Below, piece after piece: positions 8,473 through 16,864 of a stretch of 64,000 nucleotides of DNA. The notes below the pieces were generated by a model. The model saw nothing but the letters and a program-made list of their open reading frames with translations. It had not been told where the DNA came from and did not search any database. The DNA is taken from assembly GCA_051251915.1 (NCBI GenBank), contig JBPOGF010000016.1, positions 32,001 through 96,000 on the forward strand, written 5' to 3'. Position 1 is the first letter of the stretch, and each line of letters opens with the position of its first letter. The translations under genes and the position numbers were made by a program. The stretch is from Akkermansiaceae bacterium (GTDB lineage: Bacteria; Verrucomicrobiota; Verrucomicrobiia; Verrucomicrobiales; Akkermansiaceae).

Positions 8473-9990
8473 AATCAAAACTGGAATTACGACAACGTAG
8501 GCAACTGGCAAAGCACCACTAAAACCATCGGCAACACTACCACCACCGAGAACCGTAGCCACAATGCTGCTGACCAGATCACCAGCATCGAGAACAAAGC
8601 AGCCTCTCACGATGCTAAGGGCAACTTGACTGAATACGAAATAAACGGTAAAGAATATGAAGTGGAATATGATCTAGACAACCGCATCACCAAAGTAGAC
8701 GTCGACAATGATGACGTCGAATACCGCTATGATGCTCTGGGGAGACGAGTCATCCGCAAGGAAGGCACCACCACCATCGCCCTCATTTGGTGGGGCAACA
8801 GCGAGTGTGCTGAACACAAACACACTGCGACTCAAACGGTCATCCAAAATGACATCATGAGTCACCCAACCAGACTCAACGCCGTCATCGCCCGTGCAGT
8901 GGATGGCAGCAAAAACAAACTAGAGTGGTATCATAAAAACTACCTAGACCACGTCTACGCCGTCAGTGACGACAGCGGAGACCTCATCGAGCATTATCGC
9001 TACACAGCCTTTGGTGAAGTCAGTATCTATAACCAAAACGGCAATCTAGAAACCGCAACCCAGATCGAGAACACTATCATGTGGAATACGAGGAGATTAG
9101 ATGCGGTGAGTAACTTTTATCTCTACAAATACAGGCACTACAGCCCAGAATTGGGCCACTGGCCATCCAGAGACCCGATTGAGGAAAGAGGAGGATTTAA
9201 TTTGTATGGGTTTGTGGGGAATGATGGAATAAATTATTGGGACTATTTGGGGTTAGAATCTGCTAAAGAAAGAAGAGAAAGAACAGCAGCAGAGGATAGA
9301 AATAATTTAGCACTTATACAAGGAGTAGAAAGCTTTAGTGGTATACGAAGAGTTCCAGAAGGCAACGCTCAAAAAATAAATATTGTATCAGCGTTGCATA
9401 AGAAAATGCTTAAAAAGTCTTTTAAGACAGTCAGAGAAGCAGGTTTATATGGAGCTAAAAGTGCTGCTACAGCATCTTTTAAAGGTCCTATGTTTTACTC
9501 AGTATCGTCTATGAATCCACTAAGCATAAGTGGTAGAGCAAGAAAGCATATTGCAGAATATGGAGGTAAGATCTGCCTAAAATGCATAATAGATAAGTCA
9601 GGTTCATACGAAGTAAAATATATTGTTACTGGGATATATACTCAGGGCACGGAGAACAGTTGGCGACCTTTATTAGGTAAACCGTGTAGCTTTTATAAAG
9701 CCATAGAAGTAGGAAATTATCATAGCCACCCCGTATCTAGTATTCCATCTTCAGAGGACGCAGCATCTTTGAAATCTAGCACAAGAAGGTTAAGAGGAAT
9801 TTACAATCATAAAGATTTGAATCCTATCTGGAAAAAAGCGATAAAGAAAGAAATACCTACAGGAGAAACCACAGGCTATGTTGGAGCAGTGGATGGTCAA
9901 AATGGTCAATATGACGTTCATGAATTCTCACCTAACCACACTCTTAGTAACCCTACCCATAATACAATCCTTTCAAACAGTCCACTTTAA
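8470..9990 (+). CDS. Orphan Rhs core with a C-terminal JAB/MPN-like (DUF4329-like) putative toxin; 5'-truncated
   Basis: Core near-identical to the 5865 ORF and ends WDYLGL; CT has EYGGKIC and GNYHSHP...PSSED motifs. Confidence 0.85.
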   Translation: MNQNWNYDNVGNWQSTTKTIGNTTTTENRSHNAADQITSIENKAASHDAKGNLTEYEINGKEYEVEYDLDNRITKVDVDNDDVEYRYDALGRRVIRKEGTTTIALIWWGNSECAEHKHTATQTVIQNDIMSHPTRLNAVIARAVDGSKNKLEWYHKNYLDHVYAVSDDSGDLIEHYRYTAFGEVSIYNQNGNLETATQIENTIMWNTRRLDAVSNFYLYKYRHYSPELGHWPSRDPIEERGGFNLYGFVGNDGINYWDYLGLESAKERRERTAAEDRNNLALIQGVESFSGIRRVPEGNAQKINIVSALHKKMLKKSFKTVREAGLYGAKSAATASFKGPMFYSVSSMNPLSISGRARKHIAEYGGKICLKCIIDKSGSYEVKYIVTGIYTQGTENSWRPLLGKPCSFYKAIEVGNYHSHPVSSIPSSEDAASLKSSTRRLRGIYNHKDLNPIWKKAIKKEIPTGETTGYVGAVDGQNGQYDVHEFSPNHTLSNPTHNTILSNSPL

Positions 9991-10011
9991 CACTCAATTA
10001 TAAAATCTTCA

Positions 10012-10950
10012 ATGTTTAAGTCTATTCGGAGAGCTAATGATTCTAAAGTAAATATACAATATATTTACATATTCATAATCTTTTTACATCTAGGGTGTAA
10101 AAGTAATGTTAGTAAATTGGATGATTTCGAAAACAAAGGAGATCCAGAAAACTTCGTAGTAAATCAATCGAAATTAATTATACTTAAGAATGATTTAAAA
10201 ACATTGGTTTCAGAAATGAGTGAGAAAGAAAAAGCAGAATATTTAGACGTTCCTTATTTATCAAATCTAGAACAATTTCTTTTTGAACCTCATATAAGAT
10301 TAGATTTGATAGAAACTATTAAAGCATCAATTAACGAACTAGGGATACATCATTTTGAAGATGTTCACAGCATCATCTGCGTTGGTGTATGGGAGATTTT
10401 AACAAACAATAAAGGTTTAATTGAGCGTAAAATTTCATATATTAAGGGGCAAATTACATCTGGAGAACCAGCTATTCCTTTTCTACCAATTAAAGATTGT
10501 AAAGCTTTAACTGAGTTGGAAATTATGATTAAGCAAATAATAAATTCCTTAGATTTAAATTCTCAAAAGGCTTATAAAAATACAGATTTGAATATTCCAG
10601 AAACACGATACCTTTTAGCTGATAAATTATTGTATGGCTCTTTCAATGAAAACGAAACAATCTCAGCTGAACGACTTTTGCCTAGCATAGAAAAGCAAAC
10701 AAAAACTAAAATTTACAAATTGTTTTCCAAATTAAATGTTAATTCTATTTATTCTGCAAATCATATTTTAAATGCAGAAATGTGGCTGCAAATTAAACAT
10801 AACAAGTCATTACTTAAACTAATGATTATGATGCATTCTGACTATGAATCTGCAAAAAAATACGAAATTAAAATACAGGAAACCTCTGACATAATAATAA
10901 AAGAAAAGGAGTGGCTGTTAAATATTAAAACCCAAATTATCATCGTTTAG
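10012..10950 (+). CDS. Putative Rhs immunity protein, possible lipoprotein with two DUF6794-like repeats
   Basis: Very AT-rich, follows the Rhs-CT, hydrophobic stretch ending LHLGC, ELGIHHFEDVHSII motif. Confidence 0.55.
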   Translation: MFKSIRRANDSKVNIQYIYIFIIFLHLGCKSNVSKLDDFENKGDPENFVVNQSKLIILKNDLKTLVSEMSEKEKAEYLDVPYLSNLEQFLFEPHIRLDLIETIKASINELGIHHFEDVHSIICVGVWEILTNNKGLIERKISYIKGQITSGEPAIPFLPIKDCKALTELEIMIKQIINSLDLNSQKAYKNTDLNIPETRYLLADKLLYGSFNENETISAERLLPSIEKQTKTKIYKLFSKLNVNSIYSANHILNAEMWLQIKHNKSLLKLMIMMHSDYESAKKYEIKIQETSDIIIKEKEWLLNIKTQIIIV

Positions 10951-10952
10951 TG

Positions 10953-10973
10953 AAAACGACAGGGTGTCGTTTT
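10953..10973. terminator. Probable bidirectional terminator between convergent genes
   Basis: AAAACGACA-GGG-TGTCGTTTT hairpin. Confidence 0.6.
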
Positions 10974-11806
10974 TACAAAGGGCTCTGCTTCTTTAGGACC
11001 ATACGGACATCGCCGATGAAGACCTGAGATCTGAGCTCTACCATGACTCTGTCAACATCATCACTGATCCAGAGAGTGGCTTTCTTGAGCTTCTTGTAGG
11101 TTTTGAGGTGCATGGTGTCTTTGTCAATTTTCTGGAGTTTGACATCGAGCTTGATGCAGCGTCTTCCGTTGTGGTTTTCTCTGCCAAGAACGGTGATCTC
11201 TGAGAACATGGGAGAGGCGAAAGGGTGTAGGCAAAGGTAAATTTTCTCACCATTTTTTAGTGATTGTCTACGGATGTATTGGATGGCGGAGAGAGGGTCA
11301 TGAGAGTTTGCAAACTTGAAGTGGTGGTTCTTGTTTTTAGTTTTCTTCTCGATGAAATTTTCTTCTTTGGCAACAAAGTGCACACCATTTGATTTAAAGG
11401 TATTGGTGGTTTTGATTTTTTCACGTTTATCTTTTTCGTCAGCTACAAAGATGAGCGGTTTATGCGTCGTTTCTTTGGCGAACGAGGTCATGCTGATGTG
11501 GTAGGGGAACACAGCGTAGGCTAAGTTTTGAGACCTTCCATAGGCTTGGCTGATATCGAGCCCCTTGTAGCGTTTGTCTTTCTTGTTGAAATCAAATGTT
11601 AATTCACCTGCTTTGACGGTTCCTTTCCAGCTAAGCTCATATTCCAGTTTGGTGGGTTTGAGCTTAGGATGTGATCCATTTTTAAATGGTTTCACTTTGT
11701 TCATCCATGATGTGTCAGCATGAGCCGTGATGCTAAAAAGAGCTAATGAAGTAGTCACTGCGGCTAGAAGAGGAAGTGGTGTTTTTTTCATGAGTTTTGA
11801 TTTCAT
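10973..11806 (-). CDS. DUF3108-family exported beta-rich protein
   Basis: Signal peptide (likely start 11806 or 11791), LEYELSW, HDPLSAIQYIR, LWISDD motifs. Confidence 0.72.
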   Translation of the reverse strand: MKSKLMKKTPLPLLAAVTTSLALFSITAHADTSWMNKVKPFKNGSHPKLKPTKLEYELSWKGTVKAGELTFDFNKKDKRYKGLDISQAYGRSQNLAYAVFPYHISMTSFAKETTHKPLIFVADEKDKREKIKTTNTFKSNGVHFVAKEENFIEKKTKNKNHHFKFANSHDPLSAIQYIRRQSLKNGEKIYLCLHPFASPMFSEITVLGRENHNGRRCIKLDVKLQKIDKDTMHLKTYKKLKKATLWISDDVDRVMVELRSQVFIGDVRMVLKKQSPL

Positions 11807-11850
11807 ATGCGTTTGTATGACTGAACTAGGGCGATATATATTCAAATTTA

Positions 11851-13005
11851 TCAATAGTCATTCTCGGTGCTGCCATCATTTTCGGTGTATTCTTCTACTG
11901 TGATGCTGGTGGCTAGGTCGTCCCTGACTTGGTTTTCGAGGTTGCCATCGTCCATTTTATCAACGCTTTTTTCCAACGTTCTGAATTGCTTGCCAGTGTC
12001 TGGTAATGCGATGTGGAGGATGGGGTCACCTGGTGAGACTGCTGGCATGGTGGTCATTCCGAGGACAATTCCGTTATGTGGAGAGACGATGGTTTCTAGT
12101 TCTTTGCCGAGTAATCCTGTATTGGTCGCGAGTGGTTGGTCTTTCTGAACGATCTCGCCTGGGGCTACGTGAAATTTCAAGAATCCACCGAATCCCGCTC
12201 TGACCCAGCTGGAGCTCTGAACGATCATTTGGTGAGGAGCTGTGTCTGGACGGAGGTCATCAGTGACATCTATCATATCGAGTTCAGCCATGATGTGTGT
12301 GAGTCCGCGCTGTGTCATGTCTTGGACGGCGGATTCGACCTTGAGTGCTTCACCTGCTTCTAGGATGATGGTGGGGCAACCAGATTTACAGGCTTCTCTG
12401 CGGAATGATCCATCTGGGCCTTTACTATTGACGATAAGCTCGGCACCGAATGCTTTGGCGAGACGTTCGCAGTCTGGATCGCTCATGTCTGCTCTGACGT
12501 TAGGAAAGTTGGTGCGTCTAACCGCGGCGGTGTGGAGGTCTACGATGTAGTCACTGCGCTTGACGATTTCCTTCATGATGAGGTTCGCTAGTCTGCCTGT
12601 GAGGCTGCCTTTTTTGTTGCCTGGGAAGGTTCGGTTTAGATCTCGTCTGTCAGGTGTGTAGCGACTGTGGCGCTCAAAGCCCATGGTGTTCATGACAGGG
12701 GCTAAGATGAGTGTGCCACGTTTGAGGTCAAAGGGTGGTTCCTGAATGAGCTTGCGGATAGCTCCAGTGCCGTTGATCTCATCACCGTGAACTGCGGCGG
12801 TGATGGCTAAAACTGGGCCGTCTTCTAGACCACGCCAGACGAGGAGTGGGAGATGCACGCCAACGCCGGTGAAGCTTTCACCCGCTTTGAGGCGGATGCG
12901 CTTGCGTTCGCCGGGCAGGACGGATGACTTACCCCATTTGCTGATGGAGCGCTTTTTTCTTACTGGAACTTCGGTTTTCTTTTCAGGAGTGGATGGATTA
13001 CTCAT
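11851..13005 (-). CDS. Succinylglutamate desuccinylase/aspartoacylase (M14) family deacylase
   Basis: HGDE, DLNRTFPG, DLH, LEAG zinc-carboxypeptidase motifs; C-terminal barrel-sandwich domain. Confidence 0.9.
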   Translation of the reverse strand: MSNPSTPEKKTEVPVRKKRSISKWGKSSVLPGERKRIRLKAGESFTGVGVHLPLLVWRGLEDGPVLAITAAVHGDEINGTGAIRKLIQEPPFDLKRGTLILAPVMNTMGFERHSRYTPDRRDLNRTFPGNKKGSLTGRLANLIMKEIVKRSDYIVDLHTAAVRRTNFPNVRADMSDPDCERLAKAFGAELIVNSKGPDGSFRREACKSGCPTIILEAGEALKVESAVQDMTQRGLTHIMAELDMIDVTDDLRPDTAPHQMIVQSSSWVRAGFGGFLKFHVAPGEIVQKDQPLATNTGLLGKELETIVSPHNGIVLGMTTMPAVSPGDPILHIALPDTGKQFRTLEKSVDKMDDGNLENQVRDDLATSITVEEYTENDGSTENDY

Positions 13006-13016
13006 TTAGGTGATAG

Positions 13017-14219
13017 TTATTCGTGAGTTGTTCCGTCTGTGACAGGAGTGGATGGAAGTGGGCTGAGCTTGCGTCTACGTTTAGGACGATTAGAGATCAG
13101 CTTCTGCATGTTCTTGATTTTTCCGTAGCAGAGTAGGCTATCATGCGCTTCTAGGACGCGTGATGATTTAGGGTTTGAGATGACTTGTTCGCCTCGTCTG
13201 AGAGTGAGAACCACGACGTCTTCTTCGCGGAGTCCAGTTTGATCGATCGTTTGGCCGATGAACATGCTGCCATCAGTGATGCTGATGTCTGTGACGCCGT
13301 AGCTCTGACTGACGGTGAGTCTCTGACGGAGGTCGATTTCGGGTAGGTTTGCTTGATCTGCGATAAAGTCGATGACCTCGCCGGCGATGTCTAGTCCGGT
13401 GGCTCCTTCGATGCCTTCTAGTCCAGGTGATGAGTTGATCTCCATGATCTGAGGACCATCTGTGCCTTCTAGCATGTCTACACCACAGACTTTTAGGCCC
13501 ATGATCTGAGCGGCTCTGACGGCTGCTTTCGCGTATGCTGGATCTAGATCGATAGCGGTAGCGAGACCGCCGCGGTGGACGTTACTGCGGAATTCTTGAC
13601 CTTGAGCGGTTCTGCGGATGGCACCAACTACGCGGTCATTGATAACGAATGCGCGGACGTCTTTGCCTTTGCTTTCAGCCACAAATTTCTGGATGAGAAC
13701 GTTTTGGTTGGCGCTGTGGAGGGTCTCGATGATGGCTTTGGCGATTTCTGGCTTATCAGCCAGAATGACGCCTACACCTTGAGTTCCTTCGATGAGTTTA
13801 ATGATGACGGGAGTGCCGCCTACGCGTGCGATGGCGTCTTCAACATCGTTTTTGTCTGCGACGTATGCGGTGCGTGGGATGCCAATGTCATGGCGTGAAA
13901 GAATCTGTAGGCTTCGGAGTTTATCACGTGAGTTGGAGATACCGCTAGATGTGTTAGGCGTGTAGACATCCATCTGCTCGAACTGGCGCACGACTGTGGT
14001 GCCGTAGCGAGTGATGGAGGTGCCGATACGTGGTAAGATAGCGTCTGTGTCTGCGATGCTTTTTCCTCTGTAGAAAAGATCTGGCTCTCCTTCATCCATG
14101 TCTATGGCGAAGCGCAGTGGGTCTTGGATGAGAACCTTGTGGCCTCTGTTTTTAGCAGCTTCGACAAGTCGACGGGTAGAGTAGCACTGAGGTGCTCTGG
14201 AAAGAATAGTTAATCGCAT
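13017..14219 (-). CDS. rimK: RimK alpha-L-glutamate ligase fused to a C-terminal TrkA-C (RCK_C) domain
   Basis: RDKLRSLQ, GTQGVGV, FRSNVHRGG, EINSSPGLEGIE; extra C-terminal IGQTI...LRR...NP...LEAHDSLLCYG domain. Confidence 0.9.
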   Translation of the reverse strand: MRLTILSRAPQCYSTRRLVEAAKNRGHKVLIQDPLRFAIDMDEGEPDLFYRGKSIADTDAILPRIGTSITRYGTTVVRQFEQMDVYTPNTSSGISNSRDKLRSLQILSRHDIGIPRTAYVADKNDVEDAIARVGGTPVIIKLIEGTQGVGVILADKPEIAKAIIETLHSANQNVLIQKFVAESKGKDVRAFVINDRVVGAIRRTAQGQEFRSNVHRGGLATAIDLDPAYAKAAVRAAQIMGLKVCGVDMLEGTDGPQIMEINSSPGLEGIEGATGLDIAGEVIDFIADQANLPEIDLRQRLTVSQSYGVTDISITDGSMFIGQTIDQTGLREEDVVVLTLRRGEQVISNPKSSRVLEAHDSLLCYGKIKNMQKLISNRPKRRRKLSPLPSTPVTDGTTHE

Positions 14220-14322
14220 AGTGATAATGGTTTTATAGGCTACCCAACATGAGTAGCCATTGCCAAAATGCTGAGGCTATAATTCCCGAATCACAAGCTT
14301 AATTCTTTCAATATTAAAATCT

Positions 14323-15390
14323 CTACAGCTCGATAGTTTTGCCTGTTTTATAGGACTCGTCAGCAGCTGCGACTATTTTCATTGAGTTGATGGCGTCTTC
14401 CATGTGGTCGGTGAGATCTTCGTTTTCGAGGATGGCTTTGAGGAAGAATTGTTGCTCACGTTTGCAGAGTTCATCGTGGTCTGGTTCGTCGCCAGTTTCG
14501 ACCCATTGGTCTTCTTTTACGAACTGGTTATTTTCATCGATTTCGGAGAAGTGTCTACGGAGTGAGTTGGTCTTGGTGTGAGCGTCGACGTTGTCTGATT
14601 GGCCTTCATCGGCTGCGTCTTTAGCTTCGATGGTGACACAGCCGTTGGGGCCTACTACGTCTTTGACGAAGAATGCGGTTTCGGACATCATTGGGCCCCA
14701 GCCGGCTTCATACCAGCCTACTGAGCCGTCTTCGAAGGTGACTTGGAGATGGCCGTAGTTGATTTTTCCTTCTGGGATTTGGTTAGATAGTCTGGCGCCG
14801 AGGCCTGATACACGGATGGGTTTAGAGCGGGTCATTTGGCACATGACGTCTACGTAGTGGACGCCGCAGTCGACGATTGGGGAGATGGATGACATGAGGT
14901 TCATGTGGGTGTTCCACATGTCGCCTGATGACTGTTGGTTGAGATTCATACGCATGACGAGGGGTTTGCCTAGGTCATGTGACATTTCGATGAACTTCTG
15001 CCATGATGGGTGATGGCGGAGGATGTAGCCGATGACGAGTTTCTTGCCGCTGGTTTTAGCTGCTTCGACGATTTCCTCTGCTTCTGCGACTGTTTCAGCG
15101 AGTGGTTTCTCGATGAAGACGTCACAGCCGGCTGCGAATGCGGCTTTGGCAAATGCGGCGTGTGTGTCTGGGTAGGTGGAGATGGAGACGGCGTCTGGCT
15201 TAGTTTGTTCTAATGCCTCGTAGAAGTCACTGAAGAGGTCGTATCCGCCACCGAGTTCTTCGTTGAGTTTTTCACGAGATGCGGCTGAGCGAGTGACGAT
15301 GCCGGCGATGTTGAATTCTGGGATGTTGTGATAGGCGAGGGCGTGTGAACGACCCATGTTTCCGGCTCCTACGCAGAGTATTGTTGGCAT
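14323..15390 (-). CDS. Gfo/Idh/MocA family NAD-dependent oxidoreductase
   Basis: GAGNMG Rossmann motif, EKP motif, DCGVH. Confidence 0.92.
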   Translation of the reverse strand: MPTILCVGAGNMGRSHALAYHNIPEFNIAGIVTRSAASREKLNEELGGGYDLFSDFYEALEQTKPDAVSISTYPDTHAAFAKAAFAAGCDVFIEKPLAETVAEAEEIVEAAKTSGKKLVIGYILRHHPSWQKFIEMSHDLGKPLVMRMNLNQQSSGDMWNTHMNLMSSISPIVDCGVHYVDVMCQMTRSKPIRVSGLGARLSNQIPEGKINYGHLQVTFEDGSVGWYEAGWGPMMSETAFFVKDVVGPNGCVTIEAKDAADEGQSDNVDAHTKTNSLRRHFSEIDENNQFVKEDQWVETGDEPDHDELCKREQQFFLKAILENEDLTDHMEDAINSMKIVAAADESYKTGKTIEL

Positions 15391-15432
15391 AATAGTGATT
15401 TGAAATTTATGATTTGATATTTGAAAGGATGA

Positions 15433-16833
15433 TTATTCTTCGTCTGTGTCTACTTTGTCCCAGAAGAAGACGGCGAAGATGATGAAGATGGCAGCGGCGA
15501 GGATCATTGGGAAATACCAGTAGTCTTGCCATTGGGTCATGCTTGTGGAGACGAGTTCTGGGTCTACTCCTTCTGGGTAGCCTTTGCCGAACATTCCGCC
15601 GAGTTGCTCTAGGGTGCTTTTGTCAGGTGCTCCGACGTTGGCGTCTTTGATGGCGTTGACTAGGTCACCTGATGGGGCGTTGCCGTAGACTGTTTCTCCT
15701 TGTGTGATAGTGTTAGGTAGCTTGGCGTCTACGAATGGGAAATTTCCACCGAATGCGAAACGGAAGCCGAAGAACATGCCGAGTCCTTGGGTGAGGAATA
15801 CGAGTAGAGCTTGAGCTTGGCCGCGGATGGCTTTTGGTGCTTTTTTGTCGGTGTAGATGAAGCCTGTGACGAAGAAGAAGTCATAACAGATACCGTGTAG
15901 TGCGACACCGGCTAGGAGCATCCATGCAACCTGATCTGGTGCGCCGAATGCGAAGAGTGCGTAGCGAGCGACCCAGCATGCCATGCCGATGAGAAGCATA
16001 ATTTTGACACCTAGTTTACGGAAGAAGAAGGGGATGAGGATCATGAAGATGATCTCTGACATCTGGCCGATGCTCATGAAGGATGCTGGCTCAGTGTAGC
16101 CTGCCGCTCCGAGGAAGGTGGCAGTCTGAGCATAGTAGTATGCGAGTGGGATGCAGATGAGCATGGAGCAGATAGCGAATACTGCGAATGATGGGATCTT
16201 GAATAGCTTGAAGGCATCTAACATCAGGAGTGATCTGAGGTTGAGTGGCTGGCCTTTTGCTGGTGCTGGGGTGCTGGGTAGGGTGAAGGAGAAGATACCT
16301 AGTGCGAGTGATGCGGCTGCGGCTACCCAGAAAATTTGCAGTGAGTTAGATAGCTGTGCGAAGCCGAGGAATAGTCCGGCTACGATCCAACCGATGGTGC
16401 CCCAGACACGTGCTTTTGGGAATTGTTCTTGGGGTAGGTGGGTGAATGTGATGGTGTTTGCAAGTCCTAGAGTAGGCATGTAGCAGCACATGTAGGCGAT
16501 CATTAGGATGACGATGGTAGGGCCAGCTGATGCTCCTTGAGGTGCGATGTAGGCGATGTATGCCATGAGACCGCTACCGATGACCATGAGGGCACCCATG
16601 ACTTTTTCTGAGGGGAAGAAGCGGTCAGCTACTAGTCCCAGGAAGAGGGGGGCGAAGATGGCCGCTATGGGGGCACTTTCGTAAGCACCACCAATGATAG
16701 CTCCTAGGTCATTTGTTCCAAGCGAGAGGGCGAGGTTTACGAACCATGATCCCCAGGCGAAGAACTGTAAGAACATCATTATGGAGAGTTTGGTGAGGAT
16801 GCTTTTGTCCGATAGTGTGGTGTCAGCGGTCAT
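15433..16833 (-). CDS. MFS transporter, nucleoside:H+ symporter (NupG/XapB)-like
   Basis: MMFLQFFAWGSW, RVWGTIGWI, GQMSEI, LHGICYDFFFVTG. Confidence 0.88.
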   Translation of the reverse strand: MTADTTLSDKSILTKLSIMMFLQFFAWGSWFVNLALSLGTNDLGAIIGGAYESAPIAAIFAPLFLGLVADRFFPSEKVMGALMVIGSGLMAYIAYIAPQGASAGPTIVILMIAYMCCYMPTLGLANTITFTHLPQEQFPKARVWGTIGWIVAGLFLGFAQLSNSLQIFWVAAAASLALGIFSFTLPSTPAPAKGQPLNLRSLLMLDAFKLFKIPSFAVFAICSMLICIPLAYYYAQTATFLGAAGYTEPASFMSIGQMSEIIFMILIPFFFRKLGVKIMLLIGMACWVARYALFAFGAPDQVAWMLLAGVALHGICYDFFFVTGFIYTDKKAPKAIRGQAQALLVFLTQGLGMFFGFRFAFGGNFPFVDAKLPNTITQGETVYGNAPSGDLVNAIKDANVGAPDKSTLEQLGGMFGKGYPEGVDPELVSTSMTQWQDYWYFPMILAAAIFIIFAVFFWDKVDTDEE

Positions 16834-16864
16834 GATTTTGTAGGTGTGTTAGGTGCTTAGAAAC

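Larger units (their letters stand above)
5967..9255 (+). repeat. Direct repeat of the Rhs core: 5967-6749 and 8473-9255 (783 nt each)
   Basis: Colinear and near-identical from NQNWNYD to the LGL core boundary. Confidence 0.92.
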
